Shown here in pieces: positions 63,216 through 64,000 of a stretch of DNA of 64,000 nt; positions within the stretch are counted from its first letter, which is position 1; every line of letters starts with the position of its first letter. This DNA comes from Nitrospiria bacterium. Lineage in GTDB: Bacteria; Nitrospirota; Nitrospiria; Nitrospirales; NS-4. The notes under the pieces are model-generated. The model saw only the letters and a list, made by a program, of their open reading frames with translations. It did no database searches and had not been told where the DNA came from. Both the position numbers and the translations under genes were made by a program. The stretch covers positions 3,867 to 67,866 of the forward strand of contig JBGPTH010000015.1 in the NCBI GenBank assembly GCA_041490525.1, in the 5' to 3' direction.

Positions 63216-64000
63216 GGGCCCACTGGTTCCGGTTCAGGTCAGAAATCTCATTCTCTCTGTCCCACCTCGTGGTGTCAAGCCTCATTCCGAAGGGTTTCGC
63301 AGGGGTGTGCAACTCTTTCGGTCAATGGGCGGCATTGGGTAAAAATCGCACGATTTGAACACAATAGAGTACCGGGGAATGGATTGTTCGGCGACACAAA
63401 GCTCACGGTCTCGGGTAATCTCTTTCGAGAAGACCGGACGTTCGGAACGCCGTTGAGCCTTGCGTCCCGCACGATTGGGAGCACTGCGGTCGGGCTGGAG
63501 GGGGGGGATGACGCAAGGCGGTCGTTGGGAGGCCAAACTGTTTGCTCAGGGACAGACCTTCAGGAACTTGACCTCCCAGGTGACGCCCTCGCCGACGGTC
63601 AGGCTGGGTGAGGTCCGAGATCGGATCCAGGTCATTCCGTCCAACGATTTCGGGGGCCAAGGGCAATGGACTCTTCCGGTCGGTCCCCGTCATCGTCTGG
63701 CGGTGGGATTCGACGCTCGGGCGATTGTTGGTCAGTCGGAAGAGCAGATTTTCACGCCCTCGGGCGGGCCGATCGGGCGCAGCCTCGCTGAGCTCTGGGT
63801 CAAGGTTCGGTGTCTTCACGCAGGAAAAGTGGTAAGTCGGCAGATATTCCGCGCACCCAGTTCATTCCGGAGGACTCTCTATCAGAGGCCAGCGAAAGCT
63901 TTGGGAAAATTTTGGTGGAGGCATGAAACAGCAGGGCAGAAAAAAGGGATGCAACGCCTTGCTATTCGGTTGGCCGTGTGGTAGGGTGACATAACTTCAT

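Noticed and set aside
63460-63984. 174-aa plus-strand ORF with a faint beta-barrel-like stretch
   Set aside because: It has no SD or signal peptide, its C-terminus is unlike outer-membrane proteins, and it overlaps an equally weak antisense ORF. It is reported only as an unresolved region.

Overview
High-GC (mid-60s % by eye), gene-dense bacterial chromosomal segment. I recognised no rRNA, tRNA or CRISPR array. All functional calls come from reading the translated ORFs and DNA by eye; no database search or computation was run.

- **Left third (core functions):** a partial HAD hydrolase, rplU-rpmA, ilvE, the secG-tpiA-pgk-gap run, trpS, an M50 protease, ampG, a GAF histidine-kinase-like protein, c-type cytochromes, a glycogen-debranching-type glucosidase and rpiA-dut.
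- **Isoprenoid/hopanoid-associated genes:** an ispA-like synthase, hpnA and a carotenoid-biosynthesis-family membrane protein, followed later by hpnI/hpnK-like genes with Arn-like amino-sugar genes. fhs also lies in the middle of the window.
- **Phosphonate locus (29.1-41.7 kb, ~12.6 kb):** a PEP-mutase-family/nucleotidyltransferase fusion lies ~4 kb upstream of, and opposite in orientation to, an eight-gene, largely translationally coupled operon (four 4-nt overlaps). The operon encodes a split phosphonopyruvate-decarboxylase-type TPP enzyme, an AEP-type aminotransferase, a LicC/PntC-like cytidylyltransferase, a squalene-cyclase-repeat protein, a Rieske ferredoxin, an NT-like/CDP-alcohol-phosphatidyltransferase fusion and a flippase-like protein. 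I read this as a candidate phosphonolipid or phosphonate-decorated isoprenoid-lipid pathway with several non-canonical parts.
- **Mobile DNA:** the only clear case is a 3.3-kb, AT-richer IS1595-family transposon (53512-56807) with 25-bp terminal inverted repeats and a CTGACCC target duplication. Its cargo is an uncharacterised 267-aa protein translationally coupled to a PIN-domain nuclease, plus three small ORFs. This is the best candidate here for an undescribed toxin-antitoxin/defence-type module.
- **Other oddities:** an in-frame palindromic-repeat insertion in tpiA, a histidine kinase whose phospho-acceptor His is replaced by Gln, and an orphan three-gene operon at 11.3-12.5 kb.
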